A DNA stretch of 64,000 bases. Source: Schmidtea polychroa (lineage: Eukaryota). The stretch is taken from assembly GCA_044892525.1 (NCBI GenBank), contig CM097885.1:47617727-47681726 (forward strand), in the 5' to 3' direction. Numbering within the stretch: position 1 is the stretch's first letter; each line of letters starts with the position of its first letter. Shown piece by piece: positions 63,339 through 64,000 of this stretch. Made by a program: the position numbers and the translations under genes. Under the pieces are notes generated by a model. It was given only the letters and a program-made list of their open reading frames with translations, searched no databases and was not told the origin of the DNA.

Positions 63339-64000
63339 CGCCACCATTAGTTACCGCGCACTGGTTAGCAACAGAGGCCCCTACCCCCTCATTTTTTCAA
63401 GCTCAAATCGCGATTATTGATTGTCGCGATTGACCTTTAAATTTTTTATTTTTATTGATTTTAAAGTGCAAATTAGAAATTCAAGTATTGATTTAAATGT
63501 GCAATTATTGATAAAAAGTGCAAATATTGATTTAAAAGTGAATTTTCACTTTGTTTTATCTCACTGTAGCGCGGGATTTTGAGATTTTCAAAATATTATT
63601 TCGACTAAAATATAGAGGGTGACGTCACCTACATATTTGCTGACCACAACATTTTTGTATCTCTTCAAGATTTTTCTGGCGAAAAATTTAAATTTTTCAA
63701 AGAGAGAAACTTGACTAGAAAAAGATTTTTTGAGATACTTGGAAATTTTCTTTTTGTAAAATATGGAGAATTTATGGAAATTAGTCTTCCACCTCTATAC
63801 TCATGACCAATGATCAGAACCGTGGCTTCAACATATACAAACATAGTTCATTATCTTTCTGGTCTCTCGCTCAAACTCCATCCAGAAACCATTTGACTCG
63901 AGATAATATAAAACTCCTTGGTCCGTGTTTAATAATTCAAAATATAAAACATTTGACAATTTATTAATTATAATTTTCTATTAACAAAATAAATCGTTTG

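Overview
Very AT-rich eukaryotic (animal) genomic DNA; host genes here have short spliceosomal introns (40-52 nt). Bases 1-26.7 kb hold an integrated Polinton/Maverick (adintovirus-like) element with an adenain-like protease start, a conserved Polinton protein, a pX-like virion protein, an A32/FtsK packaging ATPase, a Zn-finger/parvovirus-type PLA2/rve integrase fusion, a probable major capsid protein and a disabled protein-primed PolB. About 9.5 kb of it is present twice as a near-perfect inverted repeat (1452-10939 / 11949-21436; mirrored coordinates sum to 22888) around a ~1 kb spacer. Satellite-rich subterminal DNA follows, with two Polinton-like ends (22462, 26710). Inside the element I read three phase-1 introns in the PolB 5' region and two tRNA-sized Pol III-type units. 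The rest is host DNA: PICK1 (with a tandem-duplicated 90-nt exon), a ZDHHC9/14/18-like exon, a small unknown 3-exon gene, many transposon relics (Tigger/pogo, mariner, Tc1, hAT, a Merlin-like MITE, Gypsy) and a degenerate 28S rRNA fragment. All homology calls come from recalled motifs; no searches were run.
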